Counted from the first letter of the whole stretch, positions 13,178 to 26,255 are shown. The stretch: 62,639 nucleotides of DNA, filler included, from Choristocarpus tenellus KU-1152 (GCA_964200185.2; 12 parts of 12 records of this genome joined end to end with filler, not necessarily neighbours in it); one strand, 5' to 3'. Made by a program: numbers and translations. Notes: generated by a model from the sequence alone, not told the origin.

Positions 13178-15213
13178 TATTGTGTCACATACTTCAAAGG
13201 TTGGTGGGAAAGGCAGACTTCAGCATGCCCTAACATCCAATGCTGCTGTAATATACTAAACTAAGGGGAAGAAAGAACTGAGTTGTCTTGCAGCTTTGGA
13301 CACAATGCTCAGATTCTAGTTGCTAACTGACACTCCAGTACGGGTCCAAATATTGTGTTATTTTTTAAAGCAATATTCATTTGGTGCTTGAAAATCCAGC
13401 ATGCAAATCATGCCACAAATAATTCGGGCCCAAGCTTTTCAGAGTATGAAGGATATTTTGTGCTCTTCTCAATGTTGCAAGACAAATTGCTCAATTTCTT
13501 GTATAGTCAGTAGTCTCCTGATCTGCTGAGTCTCGGATTTGACAGAACTAACGATTAGTCCTCTTGACACCCTCTACTATACAATGTTCCTGAAGGAGCA
13601 GTTTATTCAATAGTGTTCTTACTCATATATACTCCTTATCATGCTTCTTCATATTTTATCATAATGTTTCGTTATAACCTCAAAATTGTTCACATTTTAT
13701 TTAATCTATGCTTAGTTGCTCTACTGTACCTGTGACCCCACCCTAGCAAGTAGAATGGTATGGAAGTATGCAAAGCAAGTTTAGTGTCCTTCTGTGGAAG
13801 TTGCCTCATCTCAGATTCCATTATTTGGAGGGTCACAGGCGCTCGCCTTTTAGGGTGAGCTTGGCTGTTTTTATTCTTAATATCCTCCTTTCTTTCCTTG
13901 GTTCATGTTGTACCTAACAATTCGTTCTATCGTTTGCAGAGGCTTCTTTGAAGGCGAGACTGCTGAGCTCGTACAGCAAAGAAAGGAGCGCAAGGTGAAG
14001 CACAGAAGACAAATTCCCTGTCACCCGTGACTCAGTATGCACCTTGCAAACGTTTCCTTTCATATCAGAAGCATATAATACATGAATCTAAAGACCATAC
14101 GATAGTTTGTTTAGTAGATCGAAGGTGATGACAAACAATCACCACAGAATTATTATTGTCACCCTAGGTGACGAAAAAGAAATCCTTGATCCTCTTGTAT
14201 GCCCCTTTAAAGCTGAACAATTAGTTGCAATCAAGTGGATAGATGTGCAGTAGCTGCAATGTTAGACTGCACATCAAATCACATTACACCCCAAGTCACA
14301 TGTTCATGTAATCCATCATCAAAGCAATAAAATGGTTAGTTGTATCTCGCCCAAGATGAAGTCATTGTTGGTCAAGTTCTACAGCCTTCAACACCAGAGT
14401 TTGCAGCAATTTTCTTCTGCCTTGTGACTGATGATGAATAATTGGGTACTGGATATTTGTCTATTAAGCTCCCTTATATATACTCTATATAATGGGTGCT
14501 AGATTGTTACACTGGTATAGCCCTTGTCTGTAGAAAACGAACATATATATATATATGCACACAGAGAGACGATGCTTGAAATACATTGTTGTGATGCAAA
14601 GGGGCTTGGAAAGACCAGATTCCTATAGATGAGGAATGGCACAGAGCAAAAGGACTGACCTTAGATCAGTTCTGACACACAAAATTGGGGATGCCTTCAT
14701 TGAGCAATCGCACCCTTTATCTCCCTCTTTTGTTCTGTCCAGGCCGCTATTTGCATGCAGACAGTTTGGCGAATAAAATTGGCCAAACGGAGAACTGCTA
14801 GCCTTTTAATCGAAAGAGGGTATGAGCATAAATTTTCTCACGCATCTTTCCCTCGTTCATTCAAGCTGTCAACTAGTGAAGGAAGTCATGGAATATAACA
14901 ATTATATTGGCCTAATGTGAAAAACATTCTACTCTGTCAGTGTACTTGTTGCTTTTTGTGCCATGTACTCTGTCTACCCCCCCAAAGGCATATTTTTCGA
15001 TTCATATTTTTCGATTCTTATCGATATGATTTGAATCGTCATATCCCTCATAGTAGCTGATCTAAGCTAATATTGCGCAGTTTTCAAGTGCTGGTGATGC
15101 AATTGTGGCACTGAAGTGATGAATAGAGGCATCAATGAGGGCCACAATGTGGTCTTGACAGACTCAAATTAGACCGCAATCGTCATCTGTTTGTACACTA
15201 GATGTATCTATGT

Positions 15214-15338
15214 TCCATCTGTTTCTGACATACATAGGGAGGATTCAACAGGAATGGCATATATCAATTCAAGTTTGATATCCGTCTATTTCTGACATAC
15301 ATAACGAGGATTCAGCAGGGATGGTAGTATATTATCAA
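15214..15338. repeat. Degenerate tandem duplication, period about 67 bp
   Basis: tccatctgtttctgacatacatagggaggattcaacagg versus tccgtctatttctgacatacataacgaggattcagcagg. Confidence 0.75.
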
Positions 15339-15598
15339 CGGTGATGTCCATCTCTCTCAAATATTGTCATCTATTTGAATCTTGACATCTGTTTGGATCG
15401 CTGGACCCCACATGCTCCCGGTTGGATATCGCCAGAGCATCCATCACTCTTGTAAGGGCAGCTCGACGGTTCCTGGGACGTCGCCGCCGAGAGCGAATTA
15501 TGCTTGAAACAAGTGCTTGCTTGACTATACAACGGAACTACTGGGGGTATTGTGTGAGGTGAAAATGACAATCATCAGCATGTTATCGAATGAAAAAT

Positions 15599-15803
15599 AA
15601 GTGAAAGTATCTTAGAGGGTATGAGTTTTCCCTGTTTTTTCGTTTGGGGCTTGGCTTCTCATGTTTATTTTATGATATTTTACCTACTCCGAATTGTTTC
15701 AGAGTATGTAAAATATATACATTATAAAAAGGTGTGTATGGAACAAGATATTGACACTTCCTAACAAAAACTATAGCCAAAATTGCATCAAAATCCCAAC
15801 ACT
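15599..15803 (+). mobile_element. MITE family 1, right-truncated copy
   Basis: Left TIR aagtgaaagtatcttagagggta and body are present. The last ~55 bp are missing and it abuts the next copy. Confidence 0.9.
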
Positions 15804-16062
15804 GAGTGAAAGTATCTTAGAGGGTACGAGTTTTTCCATCTTTGTCCATTTGGGGCTTGGCTTCCCATGTTTTCTTTTATGCCATTTTCCTATTCCAAAA
15901 TGTCCCGGAGTAGGTAAAATGTGTACACTATGAAAAGGGGTATCTGGAACAAGGACAAGGACACTTCCTAACAAACGAGATAGCCAAAATTACACCCAAA
16001 TCGCAACATTGGATTTTGACCCCCAAATGGACGCGGCTCTACCCTCTAAGATACTTTGGCTC
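15804..16062 (+). mobile_element. MITE family 1, full copy (259 bp)
   Basis: GAGTGAAAGTATCTTAGAGGGTA ... TACCCTCTAAGATACTTTGGCTC. No matching TSD. Confidence 0.95.
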
Positions 16063-16084
16063 TACAAGCTACTGTTAGATACGG

Positions 16085-16293
16085 TAGCCTTCTTCTCCTT
16101 CTCTCTGTTGTTGTCATGCGATGTGTTATAAGTCCAACAACTTCCCCGAGAAAATATATAAATGCAGATCGGCGTATATGACAGGGCGGGGGGGGGGGCA
16201 GATCACAACAAACGATATCTCAGGCATGACTGAGATATTCGTATAAAGAGGTCAGTCATCATATAATATCATTACTTGCATGCGCACTCAGTG
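16085..16293 (-). repeat. Interspersed ~205-bp repeat, homologous to 19471-19675
   Basis: The reverse complement aligns by eye with 19471-19675 (e.g. ctatcgtttgttgcgatctgccccc and ttttctcgggaaagttgttggactt). Confidence 0.85.
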
Positions 16294-19265
16294 GTAGCCT
16301 CTTCTTCCACTTGGTGACGATAGCAATAATTAATAAACAAAATAATGTGGGAAAATAACACTTCTTCTCAGTCAGTCAGTCATCCATAATGACAATGAAA
16401 TGCCATCTCGAAAAAAACTACTTCAAAGTACTATTATTTTCTACAACCTCCACCATCGACAGTCAAACGACTCCATCGACCGCACTAATTACTCAAGCAA
16501 GCAAGCCAACGCAGGGCATACTTGTACACGACGATCAAACGAATTCATTGCCACCCCCCACACACTGTCCTACTACCACCTTTGGGATTGATTCCCATTC
16601 GTAGCGGGGCCCTTCAAAAGTGCCGCAACATTTACAAAAAAAACATATGGGCACTTTCCGTGCACCATTCCAGGTCTCGCTCATCCTCCATAAAATGCTC
16701 CATCCTCAATTTTGATGATCAGCTGTTTCTAGCCTGTATCTCAACGACTCTTCAGTGTAACAATACGTTGCAGGGAATGGTATACAGTGCAGTAGTAGCG
16801 TACAATAGTTTCCTAATCTTGTTGCACAAATTTCGAATAACAAGGACACTACTCTGGCAGTCCACTGGAATCGATGTAGCAGGTTCCGTACAACTCTCAA
16901 CTACTCATTTGTCGAGTATGGCACAGAGTGCCATACACACCGATTACGATAAACATACTTGAGGTGACAAGCGGATGAGGAGGACCAACCAAAATCCTAC
17001 CACAGTCGAACAATGCCCATTGTTACAGTATGTACTTAATATGAAACCTTCATACACAAAAAAATGGAAGGTACCATCAACATCAGTATAATTATTATTG
17101 AATATTTCAAGTTTTGTCTGCTCTGGAGCAGGGCACAGATGCAAACAAACCGGGCAACACATTACCACTGGGCTGCACACCAAGAAGTAGGCACAATCTT
17201 ATTCCAACATGAGCTAAGTTTTCACTTGAGTTTTTTTCTCAGTATTGAAACTTCCTATCACCACTTCTTCTCATTTTGACTTCAAAATATTATTTACACT
17301 TCGACTTGATACAATGTACATTTTGACTCGAAAATATAATGTACAGACAACTAAATCAAGCCATGAAGTTCAGGAAACTCACCCGCATCTTCTTCTGTGC
17401 CCTTATTATTATCATCTCCTACAAACCTTTGCCTCCCTTTGACTTTGTAGGGGGCACACTGATCACCGTAGGAGGTCGAAAGCCCAATGGGTAAAATGCA
17501 TTAAATACATTTCCTCTCAAAATTTGATCCCATACAAGAAACAAACACCACTCAAACACATCAACAACAAAAACGGAAAAGATGTCAACAACATAAAACT
17601 TCCAATGACAAAAATCACACATACACACCAACACAGGAATAAACAACAAACATAAAAACGGCAATCAGTCAGACGTACACCACAATCACACAGGCCAAGT
17701 AAGTTAGCATAGGATAAGAATGCGATTGCAGGGCTGCTGTTTGCAGTACAGGTGCCAACACAAATAAAAAAAGAAAAGTTGGGGACCAATCCAGGCGCAA
17801 AATCTCTCGGAAACCCGCATCGCTTTCCCCTCTACTTACCCCACCCGAAAGCAGGGACATTATTGTTAGTCAAGGACAAGAAAAATCAATACCTGCCCTT
17901 CCCCCTGCTCCCTCCACCGCCCACAAAATAACACCTACAAATTGAAAACCTACGCTATAATACATGCCAGGGTCCCTTCTGCAATGCCTTGTCCCACAAT
18001 ACACGTGCCTACATCACATTCGACCATGGGCACAACAGACAAGGACTCCCCCGCCCCCTCAAAACCCCTTCCCAGTAGAGCAAGCTACTCGCAGGGTGGT
18101 CGACCCTCATGTTCGTGCTGGTAACAGATGCGCTTGAACATGGGCAGGGTGAGGAGGTGCTCGGCATTTTCCTGATAAGGTCGTGTTCCGTCCAGCTCAA
18201 TGCAGGGGAGACTGATGCTGTCGAAGTACCTTGTGGGCCTGACACATAGTAAGTCACAAATTGTTCCCAGTACAGGATTGCAGTAGGGGCAAGCAGGCAA
18301 AGGGTGACGCAAGGGACAATTTCCGTGTGGCTAATGGTGGTGCATGATTGTGTGCACGCTGACAATCACATGCTGCCTTCCTCATCAAATTAAAGATAGT
18401 GCTAGAAATTCATTGAACAGCATCATAGGTGCATGTGTATTTCCAAGAGAAAAAATTAGTTCATAGTTCAAAGTGATGAACACGCAACCACTTGCGCGCG
18501 CACTCGAATCGCGTCTTGTATGTGATTTAGATCGCAGTAAGCACAATAGGGAGCTGCCTGGTCACAGAAGGAACCATCAGGCAGACTATTATCACTGCCA
18601 CGTGTTCATCCTCCAATTGTGTATTCAAAGGGGAGTGAAAGCTTAACCAGGAGAAGGGGGGCAAAAGACATAGAAAAGACCTCTAACATAATTTACCTTA
18701 CTAATTCAGAAGATAGCACTCACGTTTGAACTGCATGTGCATGTATAGCATCACAAACACTCTGCAAAGGTCAGGGCATATCCAGGGTACCATATTGCCA
18801 GGCAAAAACCACGTGTTTCTCTTCCACTGGTTCAAGACTAGCAGTGACCCTGCAACTACTCTTGCACCACAGTCCCAACCTGTACCTGAGTTCTGCTCGA
18901 CCCATGGGTCAGGTCTAGGGTCACCCCCAAGTCTCAACTCACAAAACCTACTGATACAAACCTGAAAAAGGCCCATGCTAGCCTTGGGTCAGTTGCAGGC
19001 CTGTAGCTATCACCACGGAGCACTAACAAGACTAACAGAGCAACATGAGGGGATTGTCAAAGGCAAACCTTTCCCATCGACTCAGTGCAACGAACACCTC
19101 AAGACAAGTACCACTCATCCTATTGGGTGTACATGCATACTGCCCTTCAAAAATACCTCCTACCCTCTCAATGTCGCAGCTTTAAAATAGCCCTGCCTTG
19201 TAGCCCCTTCTCCAACCGCTCCTCTATCACAAACTGTTCATTCTCACCAACTACATGATGTCCCT

Positions 19266-19300
<35 letters not shown>

Positions 19301-19366
19301 AAAAGGGAACCCGTCCCACAAAGGCCTCCCCCTTCCCCCCCCCCCACTTTTATTTTTTTTTCTCCC

Positions 19367-19466
19367 NNNNNNNNNNNNNNNNNNNNNNNNNNNNNNNNNN
19401 NNNNNNNNNNTTAATTAATTAANNNNNNNNNNNNNNNNNNNNNNNNNNNNNNNNNNNNNNNNNNNN
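19367..19466. other. Artificial contig spacer
   Basis: N44-TTAATTAATTAA-N44. Confidence 0.99.
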
Positions 19467-19470
19467 CTAA

Positions 19471-19675
19471 CACTGAGCGCATAAAGTATTGACATTATAT
19501 GATGATCGAACTCTTTGTACGAAATTCTCAGTCACGCCCGAACTATCGTTTGTTGCGATCTGCCCCCCCCCACCCTGTCAGATACAACAATCTGCATTTA
19601 TCTATTTTCTCGGGAAAGTTGTTGGACTTGTCACACATCGCAAGAGAACAACAGGGAGAGGGAGAATAAGGCCAC
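19471..19675 (+). repeat. Interspersed ~205-bp repeat beginning CACTGAG
   Basis: Homologous to the reverse complement of 16085-16293. Confidence 0.85.
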
Positions 19676-19948
19676 AACAGCCCGGAGCTAAAATATAGTA
19701 AAAAAAAACTTCCATTACATAAAAAAAGAAAACATCAGCTTTTTCAATTTGCTGCTCATTCGTCGTACCCCTCCTCCCCCCGCCACCCCGCGAAACTGTG
19801 CACGTCACCTGAAGCAAGAATGGGCGCCGACTCTGGTAAGCATGTTACCGGGAGTTCAACAGACACACGAACAACCTGCTTGAACTGACTACTGGATGAA
19901 CGAGGCATCATCAACAAAAAAACTCCCGTATCCTCTGTTTGCTGTTGG

Positions 19949-20983
19949 TCAATCATTACTTTGCCAACGTGTGCGCCCACCTGCCTCTCCCCCCCCCCCT
20001 TCCTTCCCACCCCCTGTCCCGATTTTCTTCTTACTCCTCTTCGCCTTCCCCTTCATCCTCCTCTCTCTATCATACTCTTCATCATCCTCTTCTTCCTCCT
20101 CGTCCTCCTCCGCGTCACTGACATACTCTGGGTCGTCTTCCCTGGCAGAATCACCGGCGCCCCTCCATACCTTGCAACCTTTCCCCTTTCCACCCGTGCG
20201 GGAAGAGGGGCACTTGCGCTTTCTAGTGGTCATTGGCGTCAAGTCCGAGTCCGAATCCAGCACTTCGAACCCACGAGAACGCACTACTGTAAGACCCGGG
20301 AGCATGTTGAATGGTGATCTCGTGTCATTCTTTCCCCAGGGTTTGCACACCCTCCCGACTACGGGCACGACGAACATCTGCCCGGGGCCAACCTGGGAGA
20401 AGGGGAGGAGGACCTGATGACGGCTTCCGCTCTGCGGAACTTTTGATGTGAATTCAACGTTGGAGTCGTCTGCCTTTTCGGTCCAACGCATGTAGTAGAG
20501 AGGGCAAGTGGCTGCCACTCGCACGTAGAGCTCTGCGCGCGGCCCACACACCTCCATTCCAGGCGAAAGCATGCGCTTGAGCTGTTTGTTGTTAGCCACA
20601 TGAAGCAGCCGAACGCACTGTTGTTCTTCGTCTTCAAGATAGATCGAACGGAAGGCCTCTGATCGAGAGTTGCACACTTCGAGATCACCCCACGAAGGGA
20701 GGTCATTTCCGCCGACTTTGTAGTCTTTCCCTTCAAGCGGGATTAAGGCCATTTCTGCGGGATTCGAGGACGAGCTTGCACACGGCTGAGCATTGCGGAA
20801 GACAAAGACGGTGGTGGGGTTGGGGGGGGGTGGAGGGGTGTTGGGAGGGGGGGCCAGAGTTCGGTCATTCATGAATGTTCGTGATTTGGAGGTAATCTCG
20901 TGCGAAGGTGGTGCAAAAACGGCAACCATATTGTGGCAAACGTTGAACACACGACGGATCCAATACTTAACTGCAAGGCCCAT
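19949..20983 (-). CDS. Orphan ORF up to 344 aa (likely start MALIPLEG at ~20752) with acidic and basic C-terminal tail
   Basis: Longest non-TE ORF in the window, GC/CpG-rich. It has a globular-looking middle, an RKRK basic patch and an EEDEEEEEDDEE tract. No family recognised. Confidence 0.5.
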   Translation of the reverse strand: MGLAVKYWIRRVFNVCHNMVAVFAPPSHEITSKSRTFMNDRTLAPPPNTPPPPPNPTTVFVFRNAQPCASSSSNPAEMALIPLEGKDYKVGGNDLPSWGDLEVCNSRSEAFRSIYLEDEEQQCVRLLHVANNKQLKRMLSPGMEVCGPRAELYVRVAATCPLYYMRWTEKADDSNVEFTSKVPQSGSRHQVLLPFSQVGPGQMFVVPVVGRVCKPWGKNDTRSPFNMLPGLTVVRSRGFEVLDSDSDLTPMTTRKRKCPSSRTGGKGKGCKVWRGAGDSAREDDPEYVSDAEEDEEEEEDDEEYDRERRMKGKAKRSKKKIGTGGGKEGGGGEAGGRTRWQSND

Positions 20984-21699
20984 AGTTCTCTACGCGACGT
21001 ATTTGGGTGCCGTATTAGGTAGGTTAGGACTCAAGAACAACAAAAACGTTTATTCTGCGTGCCAAGAGCTTGACTCTGCCGTTCGTTCTTCACAAATATG
21101 TAACGAAGTGCATTCTATGCCACATTCACCTCGATCTGGTAGCCGAAGTCCGTTGCCACCGTCTTCACAACGAAAACGGTCGCCTCATCGCGTCCCATTG
21201 CGTTTCCCTGAGGATTGACGGCCTCAGCAAAACATCGCTGCGTCTCCGTTGGGACGAGGGTCTGCCCCAAGGCTTGCCGCAGGCAGGAAGGGGCCTATCA
21301 CGCGTTCTTGAACGAGAGGCGTGGATACCTGCAACATCATGTGCGTACATGTGACAGCCCAACCATGTGGCATTGAAGTGTTTGCCATGCGATAAGGTTT
21401 CGTCACGTACGTAGGGGTTATTCTGGCGTTGGTTAAAGATCTTGTGGTGTACCGCAGCACGTTTGTTTTTTCGTGTGGGGAAGGAGGACATTATGACGTA
21501 CCAACGCTCACACACAAAGTCTTGGGGTCTCGCGATTTCCGTTTGTGGTGTGGGTAACCGCGTGCACCGTGTTAGCAACGTGTAAACATCGACAAGGAAA
21601 CATCACTACAACAATCGCACGCCCGAGACCTATCCATAGGGAACCAATACAGACAACAAGTTGGAAAGCAATGGAAAAAAAGTCAGCACACCCTTCTTA

Positions 21700-23500
21700 C
21701 CTTCCACTTTCCGTCCTTGTAGACTTGGCCGAAGGAGGTCTCCATCTTCTCTTTCACCTCATCCTTTGACGCCGCGTTGGACACGAACACCTCCACCCTC
21801 CTGCTCCGTTCAAGGGCCGCTTCCACCATGTTGTGCCTCTCTGCACTGAAGGAGACGACGGTATCCCCAGCATTCGTGTACCTATCATAGGAGGGCAGTT
21901 CATCAATTATCCCGAGGAGTACACTGTATTGCGCACGGATTCATCATATCGCAAAGTATGAGTAACGTACTGATACAGGGCAACACATTCTTGGTGCAGT
22001 TTGACGCTTAACGTACTGATTCAGGGAAACACACTCGTGGTATATTTTGACGCCCCTGAACCGTCACCCAGCTTGTTGTGTTACTGTTCAACGATGTTTT
22101 ACACCTATACAATAAAAGTCGCTTCTCCCGTGAAGAAGGGTGTGTATGACGTTATTAACAAACCTGTTAACGAGGAAGTGGAGAGCCCTCATGGGGATGT
22201 TCGTTGCAGCACCTTGATACTCGACGTCACACATGGTTTGGAGTACCGGAGGAGATGCATCACTCCCGTGGCCAAAGATGTCGACAGTGACTCGCTTGTT
22301 GCATGTGAACTCTGTCCCATCGCTGTGCGCGAGAATAATCATGTCCTGACAACATCTGAGATGGTTATCAGCGCCTGCGAGAGGGTGCCCCCCCCCCCTC
22401 GTCTTGTATATTGTAAGCAGGGGATGACCCTCCACAACCAAGCCCACCTTCGGCACCATAAGAGCCCCTGAATGAAGAGAAGGCGGGAGCGTGCGTGTGG
22501 GTCCGGCATGTGTCACACTTGGTGACATCACACAACTAGTTATCGTAGGGATTCATGAAATCTCATACCACTAATATTAGAATAGTACAATGAGTGTGGA
22601 ACGCAAGGCAAATAACAAATGCAAAGAATGCAAACAATCGGAAATTCTGTAATTGAAGGAAAGACGGCAAAAATAATGCAGTGAAGACAAGTAACACCAG
22701 CAGGCGATTCGCGTATAATGAAACAAAGAACTACGAAGGACCCGGGGGAAAGAGCAAGAGACACAAAAGGAAATAGAAGGTACGAAAAACATGAAACAAC
22801 ATGGAGAACGTGAAAAAGAAAGACACACGACATAATCCGCATCTCCTGAACGGCTGCACAATATTCTATGGACACACGGACAGACTGATAACGGCCATGG
22901 CGGATTGCAATAGCCTCCCGCAATATACCCCGTATTTCAGCGCTGGCGAACTCTGCAACTCACTGTTTAGGCGGTGTAATTGCGCAGCCCACAGGTGGGG
23001 CACAAATAGCGCGATGGTGCCCTGAGGATGTATCTTCACCTGCAAGCTCTTAACCACCTGGCACAAGTGTGTGTTGGTCGCCTCTTTGTCGTTGACGAGT
23101 CTTGGCTCGGCGGCAATGGACACTATGGCAAGCTTTGGCGCATTGCGGAAGGCGAACTCTAGGCGGTCGAAGGGTACCGTAGGGCCGAGAGGGCGAAGGT
23201 CGTGTAGTGCAGTGTTTTCAGTCCTGGTTGGACATCATGACACACGACACAGTACACAGACAGCATGACAAGAAGGACAGCGTCGTAAGCAACGGTGCAG
23301 GCAATCGTATCATTAAGTGAGGTCCTGACAATGTTTCCACGGCATTGCCAAAATGTCAAGCCGTACCCTCCACAACACCAGACCCATCAGATACATCTCG
23401 TGGAAGGATGGTAGACGTCAAAACACTGAGTTCCATGGCCCATGGAAACCTCCAAAAAAACGACACATACAACGCACAAAGGACGAGCAATCCACATGAT
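21700..23500 (-). pseudogene. Exon-like coding fragments of unknown family upstream of the orphan ORF
   Basis: For example LLGIIDELPSYDRY...GQVYKDGKWK followed by GTAAGA, and ORFs 22088-22531 and 22866-23123 on the same strand. Splicing could not be resolved. Confidence 0.35.
21963..22053. repeat. Tandem duplication, 46-bp period, 2 copies
   Basis: taacgtactgatacagggcaacacattcttggt.. / taacgtactgattcagggaaacacactcgtggt.. Confidence 0.85.
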
Positions 23501-23631
23501 GTACAAGCAGCCAAGACCTACGTGCAAATCTGTTAAGAATATGCTTTTTATTCATGTGTAAAGTGGGAGAAACATTGAGTTGTTGAAGTATTGTTGGATA
23601 ATGGGATAATTGATAGTAATGTTTTTGTCAG

Positions 23632-23731
23632 NNNNNNNNNNNNNNNNNNNNNNNNNNNNNNNNNNNNNNNNNNNNTTAATTAATTAANNNNNNNNNNNNN
23701 NNNNNNNNNNNNNNNNNNNNNNNNNNNNNNN
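23632..23731. other. Artificial contig spacer
   Basis: N44-TTAATTAATTAA-N44. Confidence 0.99.
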
Positions 23732-23911
23732 CATTGCTGGAGGATGAGTGGGTAAGGTGGGAGGTTGCCTGTACCTCTGCGAAGGTGACATCAAGCAGAA
23801 GGCCTTTGTCCCTCTAGGGGGCTGTTCCAGTGTCCGCTAGTAGTGCTCCTGCATGGAACACCAGTTCCATGCGGAGATTCCTGCTCACTGTGAAAGGGCT
23901 ACCGTCCTCCA

Positions 23912-26012
23912 TAGTGCAAGGGATGCTTATATAAGAGAGGTCGATATAAGAAAAAACGGGATATATGAGAGGGTAAATCGCCTTATTACGACTTTTCAGG
24001 CTATAAGAGAGGCTTCGCTGTTTTCCTGCCAATTCTCTCTTATATCGAGCAAACATGCATTTTCTTTCACTACATGACTGAGGAGTTGCCCAAAATGCCA
24101 TGTGTACTGCACAGTCCATTACATACAGTATATCACATCAAGTCTAGACGACTACATGTACAGATATAGCAATGCCCTGCGCAGTGGGATCCAGCTGCAA
24201 CATACGGGGTAATACTCCTGGTCCACCACACTATTCATGCCGTAAGTGTGCAGGGGCTATCTTCATGGCATTTACAACGTCGTGGATCATTTTGGGGTCA
24301 GCGAAATGAAACCTGTGCGCAAATTGTGTGTGAGCCCCACCAAGCACAAGGCTTCCAGTCCTCCAGCTGGTGACAACACAGCGTCGAAGCGCCACAATAA
24401 GAAGAATAAGGGCAAGGAGAAGGTGCTGCCAAATAAGTCTATGGAGAAAGATGCGTCCTACAAGCATCGCGGTGCCGACAATTGTAAACACTTGGGCTTT
24501 TCAGAGAAGGTGGAAGCGTTGACACTCCTGAAGACCATGACGGGAACTGCGGTTGCTCAAAAGGTTGGAATCGTTCACAGCACCCTCTACATGTTGAAGG
24601 AGGCAACAACCATCATGCAGAAAGCGCAGACGCTGAAGCATGATGCCAAGTGTACGAGGGGTGCCAAACATGTTGAGGTGCGTCAGCGTGTGGATTGAAA
24701 GTTTGAAAGTAGATTGATTGTGATCGTGATTGAATTGTCTTTCTGCACTGTATGCTGATGAGGGTCATGATTGAACCTTTTGAAATTTTGCGCACGTTTT
24801 TGCGTGCTGTAATGTCTGTACTGTGTACTGTAGTATCATGGGGGACCATTTTGCCTGTAGAGGTATGTCCCACAAGGTGTCCCCACATATATTGATGAGG
24901 ATCTCTCCGATGCTCTTGATGCTCTGCACCTCAAACCCGGTGGAAAACGGTCTCAGGCTTCCATTGACGCAGTGAGAGAGTGGATTGATGCGGAAGGCAA
25001 CGATGAAATGACCAATGTGATACTAGAGGACATGTGAGACCAGCTGCTCGAGGAATCCTTGTGCCAGTCATATAATGAGGCTCAGGTTACGAGGATAACG
25101 ATGGGTTTTTGGAAGGGGGCAGCGCATCAGAGGCCGTCAGGAAAAGAGCAGCCTCTTCAGTGTTGTTGATTCCTCCATCGCCGTACTCTCAAGTAGCTGA
25201 CGAGTTTGCAAGCTTAGAAACAACCGCCGACGAGTGCAGCATGAACGATGTTTCGTACTATCTTCAGAACGTGAAGCTGGCTTGGCTCAACGCAATCGGG
25301 GAAAGGGTAATTAACAAGCAGACATCCCTGATTTTTTTGTCAGTCGCGATTTTTTATTATAGAATGTTGTTTTACTCAGTGCGTGCGATAGGGGGTCCAT
25401 GGTGGTGCAGCTGCATTTGATCCCTGGTGGCGTTTTTGTTACTGTAGTGTATAATATCCTTGTAGAGTTCCAATTGAATGTGTAGGGTAAGGCATTGGAG
25501 GGAGATTGAGTTTGAACGTTGATTTGATTTGAACTGCGAGTCACTTGTCCAGCCATCCAATGACTTGCGGATGCTTTTCTTGGGAAGGTGTAGTATACAT
25601 ACTCCGGAGTATGAGCGAATAAATCGTAATGAGTGTTATTTACCAAAGTTACAGTAGCGTATACATATGACACTCGTATATTGTACAGGGGTGGTGTAGA
25701 TGTGGTGCTTGCTGCACCACCACAGCTTAATCGAAATGGGCTCATCGAGGACAATGTTCAAAACATATGTATATGTAGACTACTCTTCAAGACATATGGG
25801 AAGCACATACAGGAAGGGCGTCGGTCTGTCGTCGTTCGGGGACAAGTATAAGTTCCTACAAACACTGTTGCTCGATTTAACATAGATTTCTCTTATCAGG
25901 ATCCCTCGATTTCAGAGAAACGCGCTCTTATATACAATAAGAGAGGACCGGGATATAATAGAGGGTTTTTTCGCGTGTCCTTACCCTCTCTTATATAGGT
26001 ACACCCACTCTA
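23912..26012 (+). mobile_element. pogo/Tigger-like DNA transposon, internally deleted
   Basis: Inverted TATATAAGAGAGG at 23928-23940 and 25985-25997 with repeated ATAAGAGA subterminal motifs. ORF 24246-24698 has a CENP-B-type HTH (KHLGFSEKVEAL..STLY..TRGAKHVE then GTGCGT). A C-terminal block PPSPYSQVADEFASLE..YYLQNVKLAW follows. No DDE domain is seen. Confidence 0.75.
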
Positions 26013-26020
26013 TCCTTACT

Positions 26021-26169
26021 CCAGGCACACCTTTCATAGTTGTATACATTTGGCTAAATGTGTTAACACAGAAAAACGAAAAGAGGCATAAAATTTAAAA
26101 CCTTGGGAAGTGAAGACCTGAACGGACAAACAGGGCACAACTTCTACCCTCTTACATGTATTCGGTCTC
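26021..26169 (-). mobile_element. MITE family 1, old partial copy
   Basis: ggacaaacagggcacaacttctaccctctt and cacacctttcatagttgtatacattt match the reverse complement of the 7157 copy. Confidence 0.7.
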
Positions 26170-26255
26170 AAATTGTCTCTATTTCTTTTGAGATATTAGG
26201 GGACAGAGCGTGTGGCTGCAACTGCACGTAAGTTATATTATATGAGAGGGTATGC

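Noticed and set aside
13024-13259. ORFs with GLGLGL / LTLTLT repeats
   Set aside because: They are translations of the TTAGGG array.
19268-19298. Long poly-C/poly-G tracts (also ~27533, ~56026, ~59644) as functional G-quadruplexes
   Set aside because: They sit at contig ends with garbled flanks, so lengths are unreliable and may be sequencing artefacts.
21860-21925. GIIDE as a helicase Walker B motif
   Set aside because: No Walker A or other helicase motifs were found in neighbouring frames.
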